Shown piece by piece: positions 9,545 through 18,351 of a stretch of 60,390 nt of DNA. Every line of letters begins with the position of its first letter. Position 1 is the first letter of the stretch. Source of the stretch: a virus (Duplodnaviria; Caudoviricetes). Under the pieces are notes generated by a model. That model ran no database searches. It was not told where the DNA came from and saw only the letters and a program-made list of their open reading frames with translations. Both the position numbers and the translations under genes were made by a program. Where the stretch lies: IMG/VR virus record IMGVR_UViG_3300025009_000111, positions 1 to 60,390 of that record. The stretch is one strand, 5' to 3'.

Positions 9545-10615
9545 TTACCAGGTGTCTCCACCTTTCCCACCCCAATCATCAGCTTCTTCTTTCGGAGCTG
9601 CTGGCTTTCCAGCTTTCTTGCCAGCATCAGCTTTCCCATCTGCACCTCTGCGTTTGGGAGGAGGTGAAGGAGGATTGTCAATATCCTCTCCATCTTCATC
9701 CACTCCAGTGGAATCCTTATCTTCTTCTGCCGGTGAATCCTCTTCTTCGAACGGGGTTTCCTCTTCCTCCTCTTCAACCGGAGGTGGAGGAGGTGCCCGA
9801 CGGGACGACGTGGGGGCTTTCTTCTTGACTGGTGGAGGGGCATCCTCTTCCTCCTCTCCATTCGTTTCTTCTGTTTCCTCCGTTTCAACACCGTGGAACA
9901 ACTTCTTCAAGGTGTCGTAGTCCATGGCAACCAGCATGTCGTCCAAGCTGGGCGCATTGTCCACAATTTCATCTTCGAGATCGGTGAATGCCTTTGCATC
10001 AACAAAGTCCACCTTGTCCGTGACCAGGAATTTCCCACCGGAAAAAGTCCCTTCACCAACACGGAATTTGATGACTTTGCCGCCTTCGATATCGGCAAAG
10101 CCCAGATTATCAAGATCGTCTTCACAAAGCTCAGCCAGTTCAGTTTCCAGCTTGTCGGAAAACTTGAATGCCGACCAATCGAACACGATCAGCTTTTCAG
10201 GCTCGCGAGGATTGAAGCACAGATATAACATGCTGTGCTTGGCCTTGATGTCCTTGATGACTTTCTCGTTGTTATCATAGTTCTCACTGAGTCGCTTAAC
10301 CTCTTCGCAGATCGGGCACTTCTGGCCAATTGACTTCAGGCAAATTGCCGGCCGATCAGATCCTCCGACGTTGAAGTGCAGGGCATAGGGACGGCGATAC
10401 CACATTTCTCCAACTTCAACACCATCCGGATGGTTTGGGAGTGTCACGGTGTACGGGATGAACCGAAGGAAATACGTATCCTTCTTTTCAGGCATCCAGC
10501 GGCTTACACCGTCCGGGGTTCGCACAATTGAGCTTCCACCCTTCTGTGCATTCTTTGCAGTATTCCGGACATGCTCCCGGTTGATACCACGTTTCTTCGT
10601 TTCGTTTCTGGGCAT
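9545..10615 (-). CDS. Single-stranded DNA-binding protein (T4 gp32-like) with long acidic tail
   Basis: LRFIP, H...C...CPICE zinc motif, very acidic C-terminus; lies between uvsY-like gene and recA; SD GGAGG. Confidence 0.8.
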   Translation of the reverse strand: MPRNETKKRGINREHVRNTAKNAQKGGSSIVRTPDGVSRWMPEKKDTYFLRFIPYTVTLPNHPDGVEVGEMWYRRPYALHFNVGGSDRPAICLKSIGQKCPICEEVKRLSENYDNNEKVIKDIKAKHSMLYLCFNPREPEKLIVFDWSAFKFSDKLETELAELCEDDLDNLGFADIEGGKVIKFRVGEGTFSGGKFLVTDKVDFVDAKAFTDLEDEIVDNAPSLDDMLVAMDYDTLKKLFHGVETEETEETNGEEEEDAPPPVKKKAPTSSRRAPPPPPVEEEEEETPFEEEDSPAEEDKDSTGVDEDGEDIDNPPSPPPKRRGADGKADAGKKAGKPAAPKEEADDWGGKGGDTW

Positions 10616-10763
10616 TGTCATTACCTCCTGGTTTCTGTTTCGGTACGGTGTTTCTCGTACCACTCTCGACTTTTGAAATATGCGGCAGTGGAAAGCCGGA
10701 CTATCAAATAAGACCAGAACGGAAAGCTCACTGCCGCAAGAATGATAATCACGGCATCCATAC

Positions 10764-11243
10764 TTAATCCCTTCTGCGGCGTGTCACTTGTCCATGTGCT
10801 TGTTTTTCAACTCTTGTTGTATTGAATGGAGGCATCGATTGTTCGGCTTTTTGCGCTCCAGTCCTCCAACCAGCCAACGTCAACTGTGTGATTGCATCAA
10901 GTGCTTTCTTCCGGTGTTCCATCGCATTTACTGCCCCATCCGTCAGAAGCATTATACGGCGGGTTTCCATATACTCGTCTTGGGCTTCTTTGACCGAATC
11001 ACACAGTTGGATTGCAGATGAGATTGAAGACTCGGTCACTTTTCCAATTCCATACTTATCAGGGTTAATACGAATCTCTCTGTCCATGTCAGCCTTGATC
11101 GTCTCAAGACAGTCCTTGGCTTTCTCACAGTCGATCCGAGCCTGCACGGCGTGTTCGACCACTTCCATGTACCGACCAGGAGCTGAAAGCCACTGTCCTT
11201 CCAGCTGATCCGGATCGATCTTCATCAATTCCTGATAGTTCAT
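10764..11243 (-). CDS. UvsY-like recombination mediator
   Basis: Helical protein with KVTESSI...A.EHRKKAL pattern, adjacent to ssb/recA. Confidence 0.6.
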   Translation of the reverse strand: MNYQELMKIDPDQLEGQWLSAPGRYMEVVEHAVQARIDCEKAKDCLETIKADMDREIRINPDKYGIGKVTESSISSAIQLCDSVKEAQDEYMETRRIMLLTDGAVNAMEHRKKALDAITQLTLAGWRTGAQKAEQSMPPFNTTRVEKQAHGQVTRRRRD

Positions 11244-11255
11244 TCGACACCTCCT

Positions 11256-12164
11256 TTACTTACTATTGACGCATTCGAAACAAGACATTGTCAAACCGGC
11301 ACGTCCAAGGTCATAGTAGTTCTTTTCGAATTGACACATGATATCATATGCCTTAGACATCCCGGAGTTAATCAAAACAGCATTCATATACCCAAGGACG
11401 CATCTTCGGACGCCTTCGGGTTCTTCCTCGATTCCTTTTAGAATCACCGATACTGTTTTCCAGTCTTTCCCCTTGAGTAGCGCTTGGCAAAGTCCATTGA
11501 CTTTCGATTCCGAGGTGGCAAGCTGGGTTGCCATCTCAGCCATTTGTTCAGGTGGTAATCCACGTATTTTGTCGAGGATGACAAGAGCAGTTCGGGCGGA
11601 TCCCATACAATCCCTGCTGATGATCTTCAGTACGTCCAGTGGGGGTTTGATCCCCTCGGCTTTGCACACGGGAATCAGCAATCCTTTGCCAATTTCTTCA
11701 GGAGACAGAAGTTGGGTTTCGAAAGACATGCAGCGAGTACGGATTGCCTTGAGGAGTTTATCTGGGTGGGTGGTGCAAAGAACGAAGTAAACGTGCTTTG
11801 GTGTGTCTTCCAGAGCCTTGAGCATTGCGCTCATGGCATCGTTTGACAGTTGATGGACTTCATCCATGACCCACATTCGGACTTTACCTTGGGAAGGGGA
11901 ATACACCATCTGCTTCCGGATTTCCCGAACTGTATCAATGCCGCGGAAGTCTCCCGAATCAATCTCGATATAGTCATTTTCTTCGCATCCGATTTGATTC
12001 TTGATGATTCTGGCGAGTGTTGTTTTCCCGGTGCCCGACGGTCCCGAGAACAAAATTGCATGCGGGGTATTGGTAAGATCCATCTTTCGAAGGGAATTGA
12101 TAATCCCCGTATTTCCGACCATTCCTTCCAGAGTATCCGGTCTGTATTTCTTGTACAGTTCCAT
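11256..12164 (-). CDS. dnaX: Clamp loader, DNA Pol III gamma/tau-like AAA+ ATPase
   Basis: LYKKYRP, GPSGTGKTT, MDEVHQL, LKALED, IRTRC (SRC motif), GSAR. Confidence 0.9.
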   Translation of the reverse strand: MELYKKYRPDTLEGMVGNTGIINSLRKMDLTNTPHAILFSGPSGTGKTTLARIIKNQIGCEENDYIEIDSGDFRGIDTVREIRKQMVYSPSQGKVRMWVMDEVHQLSNDAMSAMLKALEDTPKHVYFVLCTTHPDKLLKAIRTRCMSFETQLLSPEEIGKGLLIPVCKAEGIKPPLDVLKIISRDCMGSARTALVILDKIRGLPPEQMAEMATQLATSESKVNGLCQALLKGKDWKTVSVILKGIEEEPEGVRRCVLGYMNAVLINSGMSKAYDIMCQFEKNYYDLGRAGLTMSCFECVNSK

Positions 12165-12221
12165 GTTTGTCTTACTCCCTAACTGTTAAGATTGGGTAAA
12201 CGGTGCCCCGAATCGAACGGG
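12039..12221. repeat. 183-bp direct repeat, copy 1 (dnaX 5' end, leader and 3' end of tRNA-like RNA)
   Basis: Identical to 12820-13002. Confidence 0.95.
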
Positions 12222-12436
12222 TCGCCGCATTGCTTGCATGTGGTGGTCTCGACATCTTTCATCGGCTTTGGCGGGGCAATGCCCAGGCGCTTGGCCCGGG
12301 CGGCCTTGAGACAGTCCTCGTTGCAGTAGGACTGGCTGGGGCCGGTGGGGAGGAATGAACCTCCGCATTCCTTACATACGCGCGGAGTGGTCTTGACTTT
12401 GTCCATGACCTTCGAAAGTGCCGGGGGGTACGCCAT
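12179..12436 (-). CDS. Zinc-ribbon (CxxC) protein carried by the insert, C-terminus fused to the repeat
   Basis: SD AAAGGAG before ATG; CKECG...YCNEDC...CKQCG. Confidence 0.55.
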   Translation of the reverse strand: MAYPPALSKVMDKVKTTPRVCKECGGSFLPTGPSQSYCNEDCLKAARAKRLGIAPPKPMKDVETTTCKQCGDPFDSGHRLPNLNS

Positions 12437-12819
12437 GGGGGGATCTCCTTTGGTTGGGGTGGATGGTTCCCGTCTCTCCGGGATGTCACGCCTGTCCCCG
12501 ACGGCGTTCTCGGGTGCCAGCCCTTCAGCGGGGCGAGAGTCAAGCTCCGGTCTCTCCCGGATGTCACGCTCTTTCACGTTGTCATGCAGACGTGTTAACT
12601 TCGCGGTCTGCAAGCGAGTCTGGTCTCTGCCAGACGTCACGCCTGATTCTGTTCCCGTCCGATGTGTCATTTCAGGCGGGGGGTTCCGTGGCGTTCCGGG
12701 CGTTGCCGGGTGTGGTAGCCCTTCTATGGACATGATGGGGGATGACACCACCTCGACCCAGGTGGTCTGGGAATTGATCGGGACAACGTGGGTCCATCCG
12801 CCGGGATCGCGAACCGAGG
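12222..12819. other. 598-bp GC-rich foreign segment between the 183-bp direct repeats (insertion or assembly chimera)
   Basis: Visibly higher GC than the flanks; bounded by an exact duplication. Confidence 0.7.
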
Positions 12820-13002
12820 CGGTCCCGAGAACAAAATTGCATGCGGGGTATTGGTAAGATCCATCTTTCGAAGGGAATTGATAATCCCCGTATTTCCGAC
12901 CATTCCTTCCAGAGTATCCGGTCTGTATTTCTTGTACAGTTCCATGTTTGTCTTACTCCCTAACTGTTAAGATTGGGTAAACGGTGCCCCGAATCGAACG
13001 GG
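12820..13002. repeat. 183-bp direct repeat, copy 2 (contains a truncated dnaX start, MELYKKYRP...FSGP)
   Basis: Identical to 12039-12221; the 12724..12945 ORF repeats the first 42 aa of DnaX. Confidence 0.95.
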
Positions 13003-13215
13003 GTTGCTGGCATTGCATCTAGTAGTCCGTATGCGACATCTGAGTATAGTGGTTAGCTTCACTCATTTTCATTACCGTTGTACTTCCGGTACAGTAGGCA
13101 TTTCCATCCAGCGGCACTTGATTCAATGAACCTATTCCGGTTAAAGGGCGGAACAGAACCACCGATTGAACAAGCATAGCCCATTGCCTTGCCCGTCCCA
13201 TCCGGGCCACCGTTC
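12974..13215 (-). ncRNA. tRNA-like structured RNA with ~170-nt insertion in the anticodon arm
   Basis: Acceptor-like stem GAACGGUG/CACCGUUU, D-like hairpin GCCCG-GAUGGGA-CGGGC, canonical T arm CCCCG-UUCGAUU-CGGGG, several internal helices. Confidence 0.65.
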
Positions 13216-13220
13216 GTCTA

Positions 13221-13622
13221 TTACTCCTCAAATCCAAAATCGTCGTCCTGGGTTTCTTCATCACTCAAATCATCACCAGTTTCAACTACTGGGATACCAT
13301 CTTCATTCTCAACATCTTCTTCATCCGTCCCTCCCCCATCATCCCGAAGTGACATTGCATACCACTCTTCAAGTTGTTCAATCTTTGGTCGGTGCCCCAT
13401 TCTGTAGGGCCAGATTGAACAGGAGGAACAAACACAGTATCGGACTTCCTTTTTCTGCTGGCTAGAACAGTCCATGCACTTTTCCCGAATGGCTCGAATG
13501 GGTGTGCAGAGTTTGATTCCATCCTTTGCCATCTGTTCCCGAACTTCGACAACTGTTGGACCAGTACGTTTGGTTGGAATCGGTGGAGGTCTTTGTACTT
13601 TCTTTGTTGACTTGATTACCAT
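13221..13622 (-). CDS. Cys-rich putative zinc-binding protein with acidic tail
   Basis: AIREKCMDC...EVRYC...CSIWPYR. Confidence 0.7.
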   Translation of the reverse strand: MVIKSTKKVQRPPPIPTKRTGPTVVEVREQMAKDGIKLCTPIRAIREKCMDCSSQQKKEVRYCVCSSCSIWPYRMGHRPKIEQLEEWYAMSLRDDGGGTDEEDVENEDGIPVVETGDDLSDEETQDDDFGFEE

Positions 13623-13659
13623 GGTTTGTCCTGTCCTTATACTGTGTTTTTGTTACAAC

Positions 13660-13670
13660 TTATTATACGG
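13660..13670 (-). promoter_or_regulatory. CCGTATAATAA promoter motif
   Basis: Recurrent motif, ~40 bp upstream of the gene starting at 13622. Confidence 0.6.
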
Positions 13671-15111
13671 TTGGAATTGCGATTTCCTTTTTCTCATACC
13701 AACAACCTCCGGGAGGAGTGACTTCAGCTTCGATCTTGATCGGTACATTGATCCATTTCCAAGCTTCCATCAATTCCGTGGTCATGATATGGTTGCACAA
13801 TTTCAAGTATTCGTCAAGTTCTCCAATCGGAACGAGTGCCAGTTTCGAATCATGTATCTGACCAACTAGATGCGATTGCATCTTTGGTCGTTTCTGGAGT
13901 TCTTCATCCATCCGGTAGAATGATCTCAATAGACAGTGAAAAGCATCACCTTGGATTGGATAGTTGATAACGTCATTCCGTTTAAAGATACCTGTGTGCT
14001 TGAATCCGGTCTTGCTACAAAAGAACCCCTGCCTTTGATATGCTTCAAACCACTTCTTTTTCCAGTCGGCATATACAGGGAACCGCTTGTGCCAAAAGTG
14101 GTCTTCAACTTTCGAGATGTGATGAAGGAAAGTACCAGGCTGGGGTTTTCCAAATCTACTGTTCTCATCCTTTTTCAGTGATCCCAGTTCCCTGATTTTC
14201 AACTTTCGTTTCAGATGTGTCGTAAATGGGGTGCCGTCCCCTAAGGTGAATTTACCTTCCAGCATCGCATTCCAAAGACTAGGTGCGATCTTTGCCCAGT
14301 ATGAGCCATAAAAGGCTGGGAATACAAACTTGTTTTTCGAAGCGTGTCGTACAGCCTTTGGTTTGGGGAGGCAGGCGTTGTATTCTTCCTTCGACAGTCC
14401 ATAGATTTCCAATGCCATGTCCCCGTGCATGTCCAGGTCATCAATCAGGTACTTGAGCATTGTTGGATCGCAGTGGTAACAAGCCGCAATACGAACCTCG
14501 ATGGCAGCATAGTCAGCTTCGACAAACACCCACCCGGGAGGAGCACGAAAAGCCATACGAATGATTTTAGCAATCTCTGGATCACGGTTTGGGAAGTTTT
14601 GAAAGTTAGGTCCACTCGAACTCGAACGGTATGTCGTTACACCGTGCAGATGAAACCAGCAGTGCAAGTATCCGTCCACGGTTTCCCGCAGGATTTGCTC
14701 CAGTACATCAATCGCTTTCCACCATCTACGATATTCGAGCACTGACTTTGCAAGAGGAAGTTTGTGTTTAGACAAAGCCGCTTTATCTGCTGTACCTGCT
14801 TGGGATTCAGATTCGAAGTCCTCTTCATTCCCTTCCAGATCGGATTCGTTAATTTTCAAATGGTCGAATAAAACTTCTCTGACTTGGTTGGTGTTTCCAA
14901 GTGAAGCATCTTTTCCATACTTTTTTATCCACCAATCCCCACCCTCCTGTTTCCAAGCATTCGATTCAATCCATTTGATTTTAGTTCCAATCTCGATCCT
15001 TTGTTTTTGACAATATTCAACATTAACTGAAATCCCCCTCCACGTTGCTCGGGATAGTGCGATACTCCCCTTGTGGAGTAAATGATATGCTTCGGGTTTA
15101 AATGGGATCAT
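13663..15111 (-). CDS. polA: Family A DNA polymerase, polymerase domain
   Basis: RSSSSGPNFQNFP, motif A ADYAAIEVR, motif B R..SKNKFVFPAFYG, NYPIQG, motif C QIHDS. Confidence 0.92.
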   Translation of the reverse strand: MIPFKPEAYHLLHKGSIALSRATWRGISVNVEYCQKQRIEIGTKIKWIESNAWKQEGGDWWIKKYGKDASLGNTNQVREVLFDHLKINESDLEGNEEDFESESQAGTADKAALSKHKLPLAKSVLEYRRWWKAIDVLEQILRETVDGYLHCWFHLHGVTTYRSSSSGPNFQNFPNRDPEIAKIIRMAFRAPPGWVFVEADYAAIEVRIAACYHCDPTMLKYLIDDLDMHGDMALEIYGLSKEEYNACLPKPKAVRHASKNKFVFPAFYGSYWAKIAPSLWNAMLEGKFTLGDGTPFTTHLKRKLKIRELGSLKKDENSRFGKPQPGTFLHHISKVEDHFWHKRFPVYADWKKKWFEAYQRQGFFCSKTGFKHTGIFKRNDVINYPIQGDAFHCLLRSFYRMDEELQKRPKMQSHLVGQIHDSKLALVPIGELDEYLKLCNHIMTTELMEAWKWINVPIKIEAEVTPPGGCWYEKKEIAIPTV

Positions 15112-16286
15112 TCCGGTATCACTCCCATCTTCTTGAATTCTGCGTACAGTCTGAACGTCAATAAAGCATCCATTGCATTGTACTTGAGCAGTTGTGGCAA
15201 TGGAGCTTGGTCCACCTTATTGTATGCATTCTCCCCGTATTTCGATTCCTCTATTCCTGACGCCTTGAGAAACCTTCCTACTTCCTCCGTATAGGTCAAT
15301 TGGCCAAGACGAATGAATGCTTGAAACTTCAGGCTTGTCGCCTTCCGTCTTCCGTCTAGCAAGTGGGCGACCAACCGGGTATCACACCACCAACCGACAG
15401 TTTGGGCATTTCCAACGGTATGCCCCCAGGTATCCTCAAACTGAAGATTGTGAGCGATCTTTCGAATTTTCGTATTCCAGAGGATTTTCAACCAATCAGC
15501 TTCTATTCCATCCAGAGGAAAAGCATATGCCAGCTTCGGGGATACAGCCACGGCCACTGTCCGGATATGGTGTTTCTCCCGATGGGGCTTCAGTCCTGTC
15601 GTCTCATAGTCGAAGGCAATCGTGGCTTTTCGTTTTTGGATTTCATCAAGGAAAGCCCCTATTTTTTCTTTATTTGTCACCAGACGGATACTTTCTAGTG
15701 GGGGAGGGTAGTCAGGAAGGGATTTCCCGATGCTATCACGCGCATTTTTAATGTCCTGTCGCCAAATTACCGATACCACTTTATCCCAAGACATCTTCTC
15801 AACGTATTCAGGGGTGTAGACAGGAGCAACCCAGCACCTGAAGTCAGGATCCGGAATTACGAAGCCCCGGACTTGTTCCAAAGTGAGACCTTCCCCCAAG
15901 TGAATCCTCTGCTCGTACAAAGCCTTCAACGATTCTTCCCCGCAACAAAAGATCAATTTGGGCTTGCAGGCCTTGATCGTTTTCCAAAGCCTGGAGCGGC
16001 ATTCAGATATTCCCTTATCCTTTATTGGACTGTAGCAAGCCACAGCAAACTCGACAGCAGCTTCATATTCCCCTCCAAATACTTGGAGCAATTGGTCTGA
16101 CAACCAAGGAGTATTTCTGTTTTTATCATTCTCCTTTGTCGGCCTTGGAAGAATGATCAGGATGTCTGTCTGTCTGTACTCTTGGAGGACAGAGAGGTGG
16201 GGGCCGGTACAACACTTGTCCAAACCGCAGGACGAGCACTGCAACGACCCCCCTATTGTCAATTCGTCTTCCGTAAAGAACCCCAT
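15108..16286 (-). CDS. UDG-like (family 4-like, degenerate) domain fused to DEDDy 3'-5' exonuclease (N-terminal part of split PolA)
   Basis: CSSCGL, C..P...C, KPKLIFCCG, APVYTP; ExoI FDYETTG, ExoII HNLQFED, ExoIII YNAMDA. Confidence 0.85.
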   Translation of the reverse strand: MGFFTEDELTIGGSLQCSSCGLDKCCTGPHLSVLQEYRQTDILIILPRPTKENDKNRNTPWLSDQLLQVFGGEYEAAVEFAVACYSPIKDKGISECRSRLWKTIKACKPKLIFCCGEESLKALYEQRIHLGEGLTLEQVRGFVIPDPDFRCWVAPVYTPEYVEKMSWDKVVSVIWRQDIKNARDSIGKSLPDYPPPLESIRLVTNKEKIGAFLDEIQKRKATIAFDYETTGLKPHREKHHIRTVAVAVSPKLAYAFPLDGIEADWLKILWNTKIRKIAHNLQFEDTWGHTVGNAQTVGWWCDTRLVAHLLDGRRKATSLKFQAFIRLGQLTYTEEVGRFLKASGIEESKYGENAYNKVDQAPLPQLLKYNAMDALLTFRLYAEFKKMGVIPE

Positions 16287-16289
16287 TGG

Positions 16290-17324
16290 TTATTCCTCCA
16301 CATCAGGACACAGGATCAGACCAGTAACCGCCCGCACTCCATTCCCTCCACCGTACAGGAACTTGTCCGAAACCTTGAATCCGTTCAACCCCACACGGGT
16401 AATTAAATCCTTGAGGAATTCCGGATTGATCATGAACTGAAGATCCTGGGAAGCCGCCGGCATTTTGAACCGTTCCTTGATCCGGGCGTACGGACCGGAC
16501 GCACTAACGTAAAGGATTCCACTCTTGATTTGAATCGTGACTTCAGGAAGGGGGGAACCTTTATCGATCACGTTCTCGGCCCTGGCCACGGCATTGACGA
16601 TATCCGGAGGGAAGCTGATGCCGACACCTTCCATCTCGAAGAACGGTTCGATGTCCTTGTACTCAACTTCCATGCGACGGAAGCTGAATACTGTCCCGGT
16701 TTCCTCGTCTTTTACGTGCCCCCAACCTTCCGTCATGGCAATTTTGGTGTATCGTACCTGTGCGATTTGGGACACGATTACAGCCGGTACGAGAATGTCG
16801 TGCTTGCTGCAGGGCTTGCTGAATACCATGGAGGTCAACCGCAGATTGTCCGAACTGTAAACATGATTCCCCCTGACCAGGACGTTTGTCAGATGCGGCT
16901 TGTCGGTCCCTTTCCGACAAGTGTGTTGACAGAAGGAACAGGCATCCCATAGCCCTTCTGGGACGGTGAGCCACTTTTCGGGCAAAACGACTGGGAAGGA
17001 ATCCGGATCGACATCGGCTTCCATCTTGACCCAGACTTTCAACTTCGGGGTGGTGACGGTCAATTCCACTTCTTCGATCGTGACATCAATTTCATCAGCT
17101 TTCGTCTTCCTAAGAACCCCGAGAAGCTCATCGGCTCGGACAGCTCCGTTAAGTTTGGACAGTTCTTTGGGAAGCGGGTGGGAGATACTGATCGAATCAC
17201 TACAAGTGCGGATCTGCCCGTTGTTGAAAATGAAGGATTGGGACGAAGCCTGGATTTCATTTTTGGCCAATCCTGCGACAGTCACTTCCAAGCAATTCAC
17301 GAATAGGTCTCGACTGATTTTCAT
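16290..17324 (-). CDS. dnaN: Sliding clamp, DNA Pol III beta-like
   Basis: MKISRD.F...L, P.LTNV...SSDNLRL, FMINPEFLKD, GLIL patterns; size 344 aa; replication context. Confidence 0.75.
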   Translation of the reverse strand: MKISRDLFVNCLEVTVAGLAKNEIQASSQSFIFNNGQIRTCSDSISISHPLPKELSKLNGAVRADELLGVLRKTKADEIDVTIEEVELTVTTPKLKVWVKMEADVDPDSFPVVLPEKWLTVPEGLWDACSFCQHTCRKGTDKPHLTNVLVRGNHVYSSDNLRLTSMVFSKPCSKHDILVPAVIVSQIAQVRYTKIAMTEGWGHVKDEETGTVFSFRRMEVEYKDIEPFFEMEGVGISFPPDIVNAVARAENVIDKGSPLPEVTIQIKSGILYVSASGPYARIKERFKMPAASQDLQFMINPEFLKDLITRVGLNGFKVSDKFLYGGGNGVRAVTGLILCPDVEE

Positions 17325-17357
17325 TCTTCACACTCCTCTTTTTGTTGGTTAAAAGTA

Positions 17358-17398
17358 AGGGGTACACCCCTGAGATAAGGTGCACCCCTATTATACGG
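17358..17398 (-). promoter_or_regulatory. CCGTATAATA motif (17389-17398) followed immediately by an 11-bp hairpin (17358-17389)
   Basis: AGGGGTGCACC...GGTGTACCCCT followed by TACTTTT on the minus strand. Confidence 0.5.
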
Positions 17399-17423
17399 AC
17401 GGTTGATGAATTCTCAGATTAGA

Positions 17424-18251
17424 TCACACGCCCCACTTTTCCAAGGCTGCGAGCACCCGATAGGTTTCGAGACGTGCAGTGCTGACAGAGGAGTTACCAC
17501 CGTTGGCAACGTACAGCTCATCTGCCTTCGGGAAGACTACGTTCAGATCACGGGACTTGGTGGCCCGGATGGCATCGACCGCGGCATCAAAACGGCCGTA
17601 CTTGGAATTGCGGTTGATCTTGGACTTCGGCTTCTTTTCCTTGGGCTCGGCCGGTTCCTCGGAAGTCTCTTCAGCAGCTTCCTCATTCTTTTCTTCCTCT
17701 TCCTCAGCAGGCGGTGCCGGGGGTTGGACCTTCTTGGAAACCTTTTTGGTCTTCGGGGGGATTTCTTTCTCCAGGGGAAGCTTGATGCCCAGGGCAACAA
17801 AGGCGTCCTTGGCTTTCCGCGTGAAGCTAGCCTTGCCTTCGATAACCTCGAAGTCATCCTCGCGGATTTCCTTCGCTTCCTGCCGAATGGTTGCTTCCAA
17901 GGCATCAGTGTCTTCCACATCGATGGGAGGGGTGAGATTCATCACTTCGTTCATCTCAACGGCAAGAGCGGCCATGTCAACTGTCGGGGTGTCTTTAGCA
18001 TCGTCTTCCCCTTCGCCAGCTTCCTTCTCCTCGGCTGCCTTGCGTGCCTTGGCAATTGCGTTCGCCTTACGTCCCAGAGCCAGGAGCATGTTCTTGCGTT
18101 CGACCTGGGCTTCATTGGGTTCTTCCAGAGCCTTGAGCGCATTGTACTCGGCCTGGATCTTCTTCACATCTGACGCCGTGCAGTTCTGGGCTTCGGGATA
18201 CTTTACCAGGGAACTGGCTTTCGGTGCTGTCTTGGGGGTTCCCATTTTCAT
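17424..18251 (-). CDS. Highly charged hypothetical protein
   Basis: Strong SD AAGGAG, biased codon usage, acidic and K-rich. Confidence 0.75.
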   Translation of the reverse strand: MKMGTPKTAPKASSLVKYPEAQNCTASDVKKIQAEYNALKALEEPNEAQVERKNMLLALGRKANAIAKARKAAEEKEAGEGEDDAKDTPTVDMAALAVEMNEVMNLTPPIDVEDTDALEATIRQEAKEIREDDFEVIEGKASFTRKAKDAFVALGIKLPLEKEIPPKTKKVSKKVQPPAPPAEEEEEKNEEAAEETSEEPAEPKEKKPKSKINRNSKYGRFDAAVDAIRATKSRDLNVVFPKADELYVANGGNSSVSTARLETYRVLAALEKWGV

Positions 18252-18351
18252 CTCTCCTTGCTTTCTGTTCTTGTTTCTATCCGGTTGATCCGGTATTGAC
18301 CTTCACCATAGTATACGGTTGAGTTATCGAAACATAGTAAATGGTTGATTA

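Noticed and set aside
12468-12642. CRISPR mini-array
   Set aside because: The three units differ in stem sequence, spacing is about 50 nt and uneven, and no cas genes are present
12724-12945. Second dnaX gene
   Set aside because: Only the first 42 codons, created by the duplication and truncated within Walker A
12039-13002. Diversity-generating retroelement template/variable repeat pair
   Set aside because: Copies are identical with no adenine-specific differences, and no reverse transcriptase is recognisable
12974-13215. Standard tRNA, tmRNA, or tRNA with a group I intron
   Set aside because: No 7-nt anticodon loop can be rebuilt from U|...G splice points; no G3-U70 pair or GGGG start; an AN-starting frame exists (ANHYTQMSHTDY) but lacks the resume-codon context and hydrophobic/Ala tag end
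17403-18288. Two long plus-strand ORFs opposite the 17424..18251 gene
   Set aside because: Antisense artefacts of a codon-biased gene; the minus ORF has the SD and operon orientation
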